64,000 bases of DNA from Mobula birostris (lineage: Eukaryota), in NCBI RefSeq assembly GCF_030028105.1, contig NC_092377.1:40192450-40256449 (forward strand), written 5' to 3'. A model generated the notes under the pieces. The model had not been told where the DNA came from. It saw only the letters and a list, made by a program, of their open reading frames with translations, and searched no databases. Each line of letters starts with the position of its first letter. The stretch's first letter is position 1. Positions 23,830 to 37,160 of this stretch are shown in pieces. The position numbers and the translations under genes are program-made.

Positions 23830-25525
23830 TGGCACTGCAATTATGCTAAATGGGAACAGATCTGTACACCACACAATCTGTAATCTCATTGGAGCCTATC
23901 ACTGACTCTGCTATTGCAATCAAGGCACGGGATCAATCTTAGTTTAACGAGAGGTGCAGAAGGCATGCAATCTGCAGTACTGGGCATAATGATATATGAG
24001 GTGCCAACCTGGTAGGGCTAGATCACAAGATTACTTTTATGCTAACCTTCTTAAAAAACATACAGCAGACAAAGCTAAGTGCTCCCATAGCTGACAGATC
24101 AGATCAAATCTTTTCGTTCCTTTCATGTTGAATTGCATTTAAACAACTAAGAGGAGGAGAAGCTCCATGATAAACCTTAGCCTTAAAGGTGGTGTGATTG
24201 CCAGGGAGAAGGATTCCCACCATCTCTGAAGCCAGACTTCAGCCAATTCACTTCAAAGGATATTAATAAACAGTAGAAAAGGCTGTATAGGATATTACAG
24301 AGGACTTGTGCTCCAAAACTTACTTACCACTGGCCAAATGGTACCAATGCAATTGCAATACTGGCATCAACATGACAATGTGAACAATTTCCCACATGTA
24401 TCCTGTGTACAAAAAAGCAGAACAAACTCAATTTGGCAAAATGCCACCTAATCATTCTCTTCTTAGTCATTAGCAAGGCAATGGATAGTGCCATTGACAG
24501 TGCCACAAAGTTGTTCACTGTACAACTCTACTCTAAACGTCATCACAGCCTTTGCCTTTGTAGGTGAGATTAGAATGACTGCCTTGGCACCAAGGCTGCA
24601 TTTGACCAAGAGCCACATTATGGATGTCTGGTAAAAGGGGTAACTGAGAGAAAAATACTCCAATGATTGAAGGCATATACTGCAAAAGGAAGATGGCTGC
24701 TGTTATCAGAGGTCAAGTCATTCTTGTACAAATTCATCAATGCATAAGCTCCTCATGGAGGGCAGCATGCTTGGACCAAATATTTTTTTAAAAACCTGAG
24801 ATGCAGCAGAACCTAGATATCATTCAGGCCACAAGAATACCAAATAATAACTATCTCCACTGTGAGGGAGTCAAATCACCTGTTTTCAATGTTCAGTGCC
24901 ATTACTGTGTTCCCCACCATCCATAAGCGAGGGTTAACCATAGACTTAAAAGTCAAATGGACCAGCAACATAATTACCATGGCAACAGAACCAGGTCAGA
25001 GGTTGTGTATTATACACTGAGTAACTCTCTTTCAGGTATTGAAAAATTTCCTTTCCATCATCCACAAGCCAGGAGAGTGATATAATACTCTCCTCTTGCC
25101 TGAATGAGTGAATCTCCAGCAGTCAAGATGCTCACCACCATCCAGAACAAAGCAGCCACTTAACTGATAAACACTATCAGTCACCCTGTGCATTCATTCC
25201 ATCCACAAATAGGGTTCAGGAAGGTGTTGTGTGCCAGTCATAAAATGTACTGTTATTCCTCACCTTAGTTACTTTGGCAATAACTCCCAAACTTATGGCT
25301 ACACACCAAGGAGGATAATTTACCCAGCATATGCATGGAAGCACTATCATATTTCTCTTCAAATTGGAAGTGTACCAGTCTTTCATTATTGCTGGTCTAA
25401 ACTCTGGCACTGCCTGTCCAAAAATACTATGGAACTACTTCAGCATTTTCTCAAGGTCAAATGCTGTTGGTTAATAAGTGCTGGTCTTGTCAAAGATGCC
25501 CATATCCTGAAAGCCAATAAATAAG
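23830..25525 (+). mobile_element. Old degenerate LINE (CR1/L2-like) ORF2 to 3' end
   Basis: Decayed RT motifs (ttggcaccaaggctgcatttgac ~ DIKAAFD; cctcatggagggcagcatgcttggacca ~ PQGS.LGP); 3' end gatgcccatatcctgaaagccaataaataa. Confidence 0.6.
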
Positions 25526-27316
25526 CAGAAAGAGAGAAATAGGTAAATAAGAAAATATTGGTATTACAGAGCAACAATCTTCTGGGGGCAGGTGGTGTCT
25601 ACTCCAGGATTTTAAAGGAACTAAATGACATTGCAGATGCCCTTGGTGTTGCTGTCCCAAGTGCTTCTGACTTATAAATAATTCCTTTAAATATAAATTA
25701 TATGTGTTACTCAACTAGGTAAGAAAGTTGAGAGTGGGTTACATTTCCCGGGTTGAAAGGTTGCAGCCCAAAAATTGGTCTTTGCGACGCCCAGGGCACA
25801 ACTGTTGCATGGTTGAACATAGCACTAGTACAGTGTTAACCAATGTTGTCTGCGTTTCTGGGCAAGTTAACACCGGAAATTAATAAGGATGATAGGAGTA
25901 CAGAAAACTGCAAATGACGTGTTTAGTACAAGGTAAATCATTAATGCAAAATTGGAGAATGGTAGCTTTTTTTGGTTAATCGAAGGGCTAAGGGCCAAAT
26001 ATGCATATGAAGTGTGTTGTCAGCAATCAACCCTGGCCTTAATTAATGTCAAAATCTTGAGAAGCTAAATCACTTATTACTAATTTTATATTCCTTTTTG
26101 TCAACAAGAAAAACAGAAAAATAAATCCAAAAAAGATTATGTTTAAAGTGCATTTGGCTTAAAATATCATAGAATGAGCTCATCTTTTCATATAACTCTA
26201 ATTTGCTTCAGGTTTTTCATACACCTTAAGTGAAAAGGAACTGGCACATGAGAAATCCTCACCGCCCGATGATATTTAATGAGCTGTGGGATGCTGCTGC
26301 TACCAGTTCCCAGAAACTATGCTGAGATGAAAATAAGTGGAAGTAAAATTAATTTGATGTTTCATTGGATGCCTGGGAGCAAAATATTTTGGCTGTGACC
26401 CCAGTGCTGGAAAATTACCCCACCTGCCTAGGACTTGATTTTTATCTGGCATGATTTTATTTGCTTCTTTGGCAACAAGCTAAGCAGCTTTTTGGAGCTT
26501 CTACTTAATAGCTATCTTCCGTTAATGACCAGCAATCATTGCAGTTGCCTCAATGGGGTAGCTCCATTTTAAATGCAATCTAATGTATCAGCCTACCAGC
26601 AAAGCAAAAGGGAACTTCATGAGAAAGTTTCCTTGATGAGAAGAAACAGGCATGTCTTTTTCTTGCAAGAATTTGTTTTAAAGAATCACTGCTATGTATA
26701 CTTGGCATTGCCAAAAAAACATCAAAATGATTGGTTTGAGCTCCCTTCCCTGAACATCATCACCTTTATCAGTAGTGAATCTGAACAATTTGATTATTTC
26801 TCTTCCACTTCCTCCCTTCTAAAAGTACTGATTATAGATATAGCTTAATAGCTGTAGCCAGCTGCTGGTATCTTCCCTAAGTGTATCAACCCAAATTATT
26901 AATTTTTGCAGATCACTGACAGACAACTTAGCCAAACCCAATCTTTTTCTTCAGACAATGACTAAATGCATCCAACCTTCAGGCAAAATCACTGGATAAT
27001 AAATTGTAAAAGGATTCAGAATTATCATTTGAGGGCAGGACCTCTGCAGTCCCTCAGCGGAGGCAGCAGTCCTAACACAGCCTCACATATTCAGCTTCAG
27101 ATCTAATCATTGTAAATAGAGTTGTATTGATACTCTCTGCTGGAAGCAGCATAGCAAATCAGAATTGTGTGCAGTCTGTTAATGGCAAGAAAGCTGCCAC
27201 AGAGAGGAAAGAGCAGGTAGGGGTGCATAGACTTTTAGCAATGGTAACTAACTCTTTGCAGCATTCACAGCTGCTGAGGTAATGCAGAGGTGTTGACAAT
27301 ACTCCATTTCACCAAC

Positions 27317-27982
27317 ATGAAATCCAAAGCAACAAGCACAAATTGCAGGAGGAACTCAGCAGGCCAGGCGGCATCTTTGGAAAAGAGTAAACAATCGATG
27401 TTGCAGGCCAAGACCCTTCCCCAGGACTGGAAAGGAAAGGGGAAAGAAATCAGAATAAGAAGGTGGGGGGAGGGGAGGATGAAGTATGAGGTGGCAGGTG
27501 ACAGGTGAAACCAGGAGAGGAAGAAGGGTTGAAGTAAAGAACTGGGAAGTTGATAGAAGAGGATAGAAGATCATGGAAGAAAGAGAAGGGGGAGGAGCAC
27601 CAGAGGGAAGAGATGGGCGGGTAAGAAGAGGAGTTATGAGAGGGAAACAAGAACGGGGAGTGGTGAAGGAGAGGAGGGACAGCAATTACCAGAAGTTCAA
27701 GAAATCAATGCTCGTGTCATCAGGTTGGAGGCTACCCAAATGGAACATAAGGCGTTGCTCCTCCATCCTGAGAGTGGTCTCACCTTCTCTTTTGTCTTCT
27801 CCCATCAGATCCCCCCTTCTCCAGCCCTGTATCTCTTTCACCAATCAACTTCCCAGCTCTTTACTTCATGCTCTCTCCCTCTCCCGGTTTCACCTACCAC
27901 CTGCCACCTTGTACTTCATCCTCCCCTCCCCCACTTTCTTATTCTGACTTCTTTCCCCTTTCCTTTCCCATCCTGATGAAAG
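27317..27982. mobile_element. Penelope-like element with inverted pLTR arrangement (minus 27317-27783, plus 27784-27982)
   Basis: Left part is antisense pLTR + endonuclease C-terminus; right part is sense pLTR ending at cctgatgaaag; the two share about 170 bp in inverted orientation. Confidence 0.8.
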
Positions 27983-28546
27983 TTGACATTTGTGACTCTC
28001 TCAATGGCCAGGCAACTCCCCTTTCGCTAACCCCAACCCCTGTTTCAGGCATCACCACTCCTCCATTCCTCCACCAAGATATCAAGGCTGTGATTACTAA
28101 CCAGCTGAAGAAGGCATCCTGTTTTCTTTTTTCTCTCCAATAGTGTGCTGAAATGATAATCAGCATTTATTGACATTCTAACAAGCATTAAAGGAATAAG
28201 AATAGCTCACTCTTGTTTTTGGATGAGAAAAAACTAAGAATTAATGCCTCAAGAAACAGTAAGTATAATTCTGTTTACAGAAAAGCCTTAATACTTCACT
28301 GTATGTTTAACTCTTCAGGTTTGAAAATTGGAACCATTTCTAAAATAAAATGGCCTAGAAATTCTACAGTACCTTAACTGACATACTGGATAGATGGCTA
28401 TTGCAATAGCATATCAATGACCATTTCAGTCATGAAATCACTGCTGCCAAAGGTCCGGAAGCACAAAAGGTAAATGTGGAATTTATGGGTTTCCAGTCTT
28501 GTGCTGTGAAGTCTACGTTTCCTCAGAAGGGCCCAATAGTACATAT

Positions 28547-29128
28547 TTCAAGATTCAAGATCCAACATTCAAGATTGTTCAATGTCGTTTCCAATACACA
28601 AGAATAAAGGAGAACAAAATAATTGTTACTCCGGATCTGATGCAGCTCAAAAGAAAGCAAAACAATAAATATAAATGCATAAGATTAGCTTTTATACGTA
28701 GATTGATTATATGTACCTAAAGTGACATTGGGTACAGGAGTGTCTGTATATAAGATGACTCTGGCAGGAAATGATAAAGTAGTGGTGATGGAGTGGGTTA
28801 GTGGCTGGAGTGTTGATCAGCCTTACTGCTTGGGGAAAGTACTGTAACTGTTTTCAGTCTTAAACATGAGAAAGTGTGCAGATTCTGGAAATCCAAAGTA
28901 ACACACAAAATACTGGAGGAACTCAACAGGCCAGGAAGCATCCATGGAAATGAATAAAGAGTCAGCATTTTGGGCCAAGACTCTTCTTGAGGATCCTTCT
29001 TCTTTTTCAGCCTGGTGGTCCTGGATGCTACGTAGCCTTCACCCTGAAGAGACTGGGACAAACAGAGCAGGGTGGATGGAGTCCTTCGTGACATTGCTGG
29101 CCTTTTTCTGGCACCTTTCTGCATATAT
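28547..29128 (-). mobile_element. Rex-like LINE 3' end hosting a PLE fragment; cut off by the Gypsy LTR
   Basis: ttcaagattcaaga tail; gatcagccttactgcttggggaaag...cctggtggtcctgg. Confidence 0.65.
28861..29003 (-). mobile_element. PLE pLTR end (decayed hammerhead + tail), probable 10-bp TSD
   Basis: ttttcagtct (28851-28860) / ttttcagcct (29004-29013); aaatactggaggaactcaacaggccagg. Confidence 0.75.
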
Positions 29129-29486
29129 TGTGGCTAGCATTTGATCCACAATGACAGAAGAGGAAGCTCATTGAACTCAGCTGTTTTATTGTGATAAACA
29201 CAAAACAGACCAGGCACCATGACCCCGAGAGTGACCCCCCCCCGCAGTTTCATACAGACGGGGGGGGGGGGGGTGCTTACCATCAGACACTCCGGTCACA
29301 GTCAGGATGACCCACAAATACACAAGCAAATAACTGTATAACCCAAGCTAAAATGTAACAAAAAATGAACTAGAACTTCCCACCATAATCATAGAAAAGC
29401 ATTTTAACACAAAAACAATATATAGTACTGGTCATTAAAAGTTCAGGGGTGGGCTGTCGATCACGTCCCCCCCCCAGAGCGTCACA
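29129..29486 (-). repeat. Gypsy 3' LTR (358 bp, TG...CA)
   Basis: Minus strand starts TGTGAC after the polypurine tract aagggtggggccaa (29487-29500), ends CCACA; AATAAA near 29185-29190. Confidence 0.85.
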
Positions 29487-31863
29487 TTGGCCCCACCCTT
29501 GGGATCAGCTGTCCTCGGCAACCCCAGAGTCCATAACAAAGTCCAAAAATCTCAGTGGGCGTCGACACTGCCTAGTTGTGTGAGGCAAGGGGCAGGTCAC
29601 CCAGAGTGTCACTTCCTTCCTTCAGCCTCGCTGCATTAGTGGTGGCCAGGGGGTGACACGGCGCCAGCTGGTCCCGGTGCAGCATGACTGCCTTCCGCCA
29701 CTCAGGTAACCACACCCAATATACCACATCAGAGATGCAGTCCAGCACCTCTTCCGACCCCTTCCAGAGGCTTCCAAGTCTAGGGGATAGTCCCTTATTC
29801 CGGGAGGGGCGGTAGACCCATACTGGGGCCCCCACCATGTACTGCTGCATTGGCAACCTAGACTGACTGCCCAGCCCTTTCTGGGACGTGCAAGAGTCAC
29901 AGCAGTGCATGAACAACTTCACCTCCTGCCTGTACCCAGGCCAGCAGAAGCGTTCATGCAGCCTGCCAACATCTTTGCTATTAAATGGCCAGCCCCCACC
30001 AGCCCATGCATCGACCACAGCACCACGGCACAGAGCCCCCGGAGGCCACCAGCTGCAAGAGGTGTCTGTTACTGTTAGACAACTGCCACTGCTGGAACAC
30101 CAACCCGTCACGCAGCTCCAGCGTCCCCCACTGCGAGTATAGGGCTTTGGTCTCTGGGTCCAGGGCGGAGACCTCTGCCCACTCCGGCCACCGTCCCACA
30201 CTCAGCAATTCCCTTACCCGGGCCAGCACAGGATCGCATACCTGTTCGCTGCGCAGCTGCTGGTCCAAGGTGGGGAGGTCGTCGCTGGACATCACCTCAA
30301 GCGCTGTCACTGTTGCTCGCCTGAAGTTCAGCTGCGTTGCGTTGGGCCACTGCCGCGGGCCGCTGTGAAACCGGTGGTGATTGCTTCCCCTGTTGGGACC
30401 GCTTCCTAGAGCTGCTCTGCTGGAGAGCCACAGCTTCAGCACCGAGGTAAAGTGTTGCACCCGACAACATCCACAGGGGCCCCCAGCGGGACAGCAGGTC
30501 CAGGCCAGTGATACAGGACTCTAGGTGTCGGCAAGCCACACCTCGTGCTCCACTGTGTTTTCCCCACCGCGATGTGCAGCCTCCTCTTCCCGCGCATCGC
30601 TGCACAGTTGCCAGCTGGACCGCCGTCATTGTCCACCCAGGCGAGGATGGTAGGTCCGTGTTGGGGGGAACGCCGGGAAGGTGATGGTGATGGTTAACCC
30701 TGTGTCCAGCAACGCATGGCATCTTACGCCCTCCACCACGCAGTCCACGTATAGCCCTGCCCAAACGGCCCACCCGGGGGGGCGACAATGAAAGGATTCT
30801 GCTGGAGGATTCGGGCGGCACTGCCCGCTCAGCGTTATCCGACGGCTGCTCTGAGCTGTGGTGTGGTGCCGGTGCGGGGCAGCCCTGGGCCAAATGACCT
30901 GCCTCACCACACCGGTAGCCAGCAGAGATCGTTTCATGGCCGCTGCGCTGGTCAGATATGCCTCACGGGCGCCACCTCGTCAGTTTCCTCCTCACCCTCG
31001 GTGACACAAGCCCAGGCTTTCTGCGTGTGGGGCGACACTGGAACACCTTGAGGGGCTAAAATTACTTCTGCCCTCTCCACCTCTGCTAGCGATGATGGTG
31101 ACGTCAGGCTAACGTGCTGCCGAAGGCGCACCGGTATCAGCACCTTTACAAAAGCTCTTCCTGGGTCGTGGGAGGGAACTAGGGGTCGCCATGCCAAGTA
31201 CAGCGGCGGACATCTGCCGCAAATGCCCCCAGACTTTCTCCCATGTGGCGTCCTCTGCTGCACTGTTCCTCCTTCATTGTTTCCACCAATGGCCTCTGCT
31301 CGAAATGTCTTTCAAGCACCACTACCAGGGCTCTGTAGTTACGCTGCTCCACTGGCATTAGGTCGAGGAGAGCCCGCAGGGTAGGTCCCTCCCGTGACAG
31401 GGCAAGGTGTACTGCCGTCTCTGTGGGACTCCACCCGTTGTGCCAAGTGGCAAGTTTGACTTGCTCCAGGCAGCTGGTACCATTGTATCTGGGGAGCTTC
31501 AGGGTAGACCTTGAAGTACAAATCGTCGAGGCCCTTTGGTCTTCTTGTTGCTGTGGCGGCGTCTGCCATGGTGCCCATCCTCCCGTGGCTACGGCATCTT
31601 TGGTTCTCCGATGTGAGTCACGACGGAGGCGGGTGATGCGCTCTGCTCTGTCCCCCGGTTTGGGGCGCCTGGGTACGCTCTCTCTATTGGGGCTCCCTGG
31701 GAAGGCACGATGCTCGGTTTCCAGATCCTCCCTCCGGGTCTCATCTTCGTGAGCTCTGTCCTGGGTGCGGGGGAGACATAATGATCGGTCCCTCGTCTTA
31801 TTCCCTGGGTCTTAAGGCACTCTGTCCGACATTGTAGCTCTTCAATCTTGTCATCAATCTCAC

Positions 31864-31881
31864 ATCCCACTCCTGACACCA
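31864..31881 (-). promoter_or_regulatory. Primer-binding site complementary to tRNA-Leu(CAG) 3' end
   Basis: TGGTGTCAGGAGTGGGAT, 1 nt after the LTR-terminal CA. Confidence 0.88.
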
Positions 31882-31882
31882 A

Positions 31883-31931
31883 TGTGGTGAGCATTTGGTC
31901 CATAATGACAGACAAGGAAGCTCATTGAACT
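31883..31931 (-). repeat. Remnant of Gypsy 5' LTR (49 bp)
   Basis: 43/49 identical to 29129-29177; similarity then stops. Confidence 0.85.
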
Positions 31932-32785
31932 ATAACTAGTACTGTTCATTAGAAATGCAGGGGTAGGCTGACAACCACCACCCCCCCCCCCCACCCAGAA
32001 CATCACAATAAGTTCTTGAAGGTGGGTAGTCTGGTGCTGGTGATGGGTTGGGCAGTTTTGACTGTCTGTTAAAGAGACAACAGGTGTATTGTGTGATGTG
32101 CATGTGATAAATGCCGTAAATCTGAATCAAGTGATTACTTGCAAGAGAAAGGATATTGCAGAGGGAGTTACAGAATTTGGTGTTCTACTGATAGGAAACC
32201 AAATGGAAGTAAATGTGGCTGCAGGTGAGTTATAAGCAAAGCTAGAAGTTAAACATTAGATAGCTCATACTGCATCTTAGACACTCATTGAATCTGGTGT
32301 CTGATCTTTGTGCTTATGTAGGAGGTCTGCATGGTGCGGTGGTGAAATATTTTGCCTTCCTACTCGGGGACTTGAATTTTTATCCAAGGTTGTAAAGCTA
32401 TCAGGATCCTACTTGGGTAATCTCATTATAGAATATGGACCTATAAAGCAAAGCAATCCATATTTTGGTACTAATTTGAAATCATATTCAAAGAGCAGAC
32501 AATGATTGATCTTTGGGAATAATTTATGCATACCTTTTACTTTAACCCTAACCCAGCTGCAAAGCCCAGACAGACATGAAACATTCTCAATGCAGTCTGC
32601 TCCATTCAACTCCAAGTCCCTCATTACCACATACCATGGAGCTCCTGTCTGTACACACGAGTAGGGTTTTGCATGGTAGAAGGTGGCCACAGGACCTTCA
32701 AGAGAATGGGTCTTATTCCAATGGGAGGGTTTGTTGCAGCAATCTAGCAAGTTGAAAGGTGAAAATGGGGGTGTAACTCATAGGG

Positions 32786-35290
32786 GAGTCATAGAGTCAT
32801 AGAATCATAGAAAAGTACAGTAAAGAAAGAGGCCCTTCTTGTATGTGCCAAGCCATTTAAACTGCCTACTCCCATCGATCGACATCAGGACCATAGCACC
32901 TCTACCAGGCATCTACCTATACAAACTTTTCTTAAACATTGAAATCAAGCTTGAATGCAGCACTTCTGCTGGCAGCTCGTTCCATATTCTAACGGCTCGA
33001 CTCATGTTCCCCTTAAACTTTTCACCTTTCACACTTAACCCATGACCTCTAGTTGTAGTCCCATGCAATCTCAGTGGAAAAAGCCTGCTTGTCTTTACCC
33101 TATCTATACCCCTCATAATTTTGTATACCTCTATCAAATCTCCCGTCAATCTTCTATGATCCAAGGAATCAAGTCCCAACCTATTCAATCTTTCCTTATA
33201 CTGTAACTCAGGCCTCCAGAGCCAGCAACATTCTTGTAAATTTTCTCAGAAATCTTTCAACCTTCTTTACATCTTTCCTGTAGGTGTGTGACCAAAACTG
33301 CACACAATACCCCAAATTAAACCTCACCAATATCTTATACAACTTCAACATAATATCCCATCTCCTGTACTTAATACTTTGACTTATGAAGGCCAAAGTG
33401 CCAAAAGCTTATTTATGATCCTATCTACTTGTGACTCTACTTTCAATGAGTTATGGACCTGTGTTCCCAGATCTCTTTGTTCTACCACATTCCTCAATGC
33501 CCTACTGTTCACTGTGAAAAACCTACCCTGGTTGCACTTGTCTGCATTAATTTCCAACTGCCATTTTTCAGTCTATTTTTCCAGCTGGTTAAGATCCCAC
33601 TGCAAATCATGATAGCCTTCCTCATTGACCAAAACACCCCCTATCTTGGTGTCATCCACAAATTTGTTGATCCAGTTAACCACATTATCATTCAGATCAT
33701 TGATCTAGATGACAAACAATAATGGAACCAGCACCGATCCCTGCAGCACTCCACTAGTAACAGGCCTCCAGTCGGAGAGGCAACACTCCACTGCCACTCT
33801 CTGGCTTCTCCCACAAAGCCAATGTCTATTCCAATTTACTACCTCATCTTGAATGTCAAGTCACTGAACATTCTTGACCAATCTCCCATGCGGGACCTTG
33901 TCAAATGCCTTACTAAAGTCCATGTAGACAACATTCACTGCCTTGCCTTCATCAACATTCCTAGAAACTTCCTCAAAAAACTCTATAAGATTGGTTAGAC
34001 ATGACTTGCCACACACAAAACCATGCTGACCGTACTTCCATCCTTCCTTTCATATCAGTCCCTGTCTATCCAACTTATTATATATCTGGTCCCTCAAAAT
34101 AACTTCTAGTAACTTTCCCACTACTGATGTCAGGTTCACCGGCCTATAATTTCCTGCTTTACTTTTACAGCCTTTCTTGAATAGAGGAACAACATTGGTG
34201 ATTGTCCAATCCTCTGGTACCTCACCTGTTTGCTAAGGATGATTCAAATGTCACTGCTAGGGCCCTGGAAATATCTGCACTTGCCTCCCACAGGGTCCGA
34301 GGGAACACTTGTCAGGCTCTGGGTATTTATCCACCCTACTTTGCCTCAGGACAGCAAACACTTCCTCTTCTATAAACTGTAAAAGGTCCGCGAAGTTGAT
34401 GCCTCTTTGTCTCACTTCTACAGACTCTTTGCCCATCTCTTGAGTAAACACAAATGCAAAAAAAAATTTAAGATCTGCCCCATCTGTTTTGGCTCCACAC
34501 ACTATTACCATTCTGAGGTAATTTTGTCCCTTGCAATCCTTTTGTGTTTGGCATATCTGTATAATCCCTTAGGATTCTCCTTCACCTTGTCAGCTAGGGC
34601 GACCTCATGCCTCCTTTTAGCCCTCCTGATTTCTTTCTTAAGTGTTCTCTTACACTTCTTATATTTCATAAGCACCCCATTTGTTCCTATCTACATATAC
34701 CTATTTTTTCAAGGCCTCGATAACTCTTGAAAACCAGGGTTCCCTACGCCTGTTGTCTTTACCTTTTATTCTGAGAGGTACATACAAGCTTTGAAATCTC
34801 AAAATTTCACTTTTGAAGGCCTCCCACTAACCAAGTACTCTTTTGCCAGAGAACAGCCTGTCCCAATCCACACTTGCTAAATCCTTTCTGATACCATCAA
34901 AGTTGGCCTTTCACCAATTTAGAATCTCAAGCCACTGACCAGACTGGTCTTTTTTCATATTTACTTTGAAACTAGATGAAGGGTGTTCCCCTACACTAAC
35001 TTCTGTCACCTACCCTTTCTCATTCCCTAATAGCAGACTTTCCTGTTGGAACTTCTACATAATGAAACTTCCCGGAACACATTTTGCAAACATACCATCT
35101 GGGAATCTCATTCTCTTCCACAGAACCTCTTTTCTGTTCCACTAAGTAACAAATCCCTTATCACCACAGCTCACTTCTTCTACCCCCTTCCCTTCTGAGT
35201 CACAGAGCCAGAATCATTGCCAGAGCCCTGGTCACTGTGACTTTTCGCTGCTAGGTCATTCCTTCCAATAGTATCCAAAGTCATTGAGGG
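32786..35290 (-). mobile_element. CR1-type LINE, long degenerate copy (ORF1 remnant to 3' end)
   Basis: gagtcatagagtcatagaatcatag tail; peptides GDLIEVYKIMRG, TRGHGL, YCVQFWS. Confidence 0.9.
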
Positions 35291-35539
35291 AGTTGGGAGG
35301 ACCAGCTTAATTGTTTCTTATTGGACCTGAGAAGAAATTATATATCTTGGCATGCAAAGAAACAAATACATCTGAATACTATTCTATTACAAAAACTTCG
35401 TACTGCCACTTAATGCAGAGAGTGTTCAGTCATAACGTAATTCAAATTCACACCCTGCTTCACCATCATTGCCAATCAGGCACTACTAAAATTGAGCGTT
35501 GTATGTCTTAAGTGAGAAGAGACCCATTGCCTATTTCCA

Positions 35540-37160
35540 TGATAGAGATAGAAAAGGCATGTCAGGAAGACAATATCATGATAACCGTTGGAGATTTTAA
35601 CATGAAAGTGGATTGGGAAAACCAGGTCAGTGCTGGACCTCAAGAGAGAGAATTCGTAGAATGTCTAAGGGATAGCTTTTCAGAACAGCTTGTTGTTGAG
35701 CCCACTAGGGGATTGGCTGTGCTGGATTGGGGTGTTGTGTAATGACCTGAAGGTGATAAGAGAGCTTAAGGTTAAGGAACCCTTAGAGAACAGTGATCAC
35801 AATATGATAAAGTTCACATTGAAATTTGAGAGGAAAAAAATAAATTCCAATGTGTTGGTATTTCAGTGGAATAAAGGAAATTACAATGGCATGAGAGGGA
35901 AACTGGCCGAAGTTGACTGGAAAGGGACATTTGCAGGAAGGACAGCAGAGCAGCAATGGCTGGAGTTTCTGCGAAAAATGGGGGAAGCGCAAGACAGATA
36001 TATTCCAAGTAAGAAGAAATTTTCAAAGGGAAGAAGGACACTACCGTGGCTGACAAGTGAAGTTACTAGCGTGGGTGGAGCATTGGTTGGTCAGCAGAAA
36101 ACAGGGAGTGGGAGTAAAGGGATCTTATTCTGTCTGGCTGCCGGTTACCAGTGGAGTTCCACGGAGGTTGGTGTTGGGACTGCTGTTTTTTGCGATGTAT
36201 ATCAATGATTTAGACTACGCTATCAATGGATTTGTGGCTAAATTTGCCGATGATACGAAGATAGGTGGAGGAGCAGATAGTGTTGAGGAAACAGGGAGCC
36301 TGCAGAGAGACTTAGATAGTTTAGGGGAATGGGCAAAGAAGTGGTAAATTAAGTAAAATGTTTGAAAGTGTATGGTCATGCACTTTGGTGGAGGAAATAA
36401 AAGGGCAGACTATTATTTAGTTGGGGAAGGAATTCAGAATGCAGAGAAGCAAAGGGACTTGGGAGTCCTAGTGCAAGATATCCTGAAGGTTAACCTCCAG
36501 GTTGAGTTGGTTGTGAATAAGGTGAATGTAATGTTGACATTTATTTCTAGAGGTATAGCATGTAAGAGCAGGGATGTGATGTTGAGGCTCTATAAGGCAT
36601 TCGTGAGACCACACGTGGAGTATTGTGTGCAGTTTTGGGCTTCTTATTTTAGAAAGGATATACTGACATTGGAGAGGGTTCAGAGAAGATTCACGAGAAT
36701 AATTCCAGTAGTGAAAGGGTTACCGTATGAGGAACATCTGGCTTCTCTGGAGTTCAAGAGAATGAAGGGGGATATCAGAGAAACATTCCGAAAGTTAAAA
36801 GGCCTGAACAGATTAGATATGGCAAAGTTATTTCCCATGGTAGGGGATTCTAGGACAAGAGGGCACGACTTCAGGATTGAAGAACGTCCTTTTAGAACTG
36901 AGATACGGAGAAATTACTTTAGTTAGAGGGTGGTAAGTCTGTGTAATTTGTTGCCACAAGTGGCTGTGGAGGCCAAGTCATTGGGTATTTAAGGCAAAGA
37001 TAGATAGTTTCTTGATTAGCCAGGGCATCAATGGGTGTGAGGTGAAAGCAGGGGAGTGGGGATGACTGGAAAAATTGGATCAGCCCATAATTGAATGGCG
37101 GAGCAGACTCAATGAGCTGAATGGTCTACCTCTGCTCCTGTATCTTATGGTCTTATGGTC
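35540..37160 (+). mobile_element. CR1-type LINE ORF2 (EN + RT) with internal deletion near 36060
   Basis: [45 protein letters not shown]; tcttatggtcttatggtc tail. Confidence 0.92.

Larger units (their letters stand above)
29129..31931 (-). mobile_element. Gypsy LTR retrotransposon, degenerate, lacking RT/RNaseH and the integrase core
   Basis: PBS, gag knuckle-like (G)YRCGEAGHLAQGC, protease ALLDTG, integrase HHCC region (RLHERFCWPGYRQEVKLFMHCCDSC), GPY/F-like WKGSEEV..ISDVVY..LHRDQL, polypurine tract, LTR similarity. Confidence 0.9.

Noticed and set aside
26198-26280. Possible terminal exon (ttgcttcag|GFSYTLSEKELAHEKSSPPDDI*)
   Set aside because: The acceptor is plausible but the peptide is unrecognised and no partner exons were found.
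30297-30760. Gmr1-like gene order (protease directly followed by integrase)
   Set aside because: The integrase C-terminus is followed directly by the polypurine tract and LTR with no RT after it, so standard Gypsy order with RT/RNaseH deleted is simpler.
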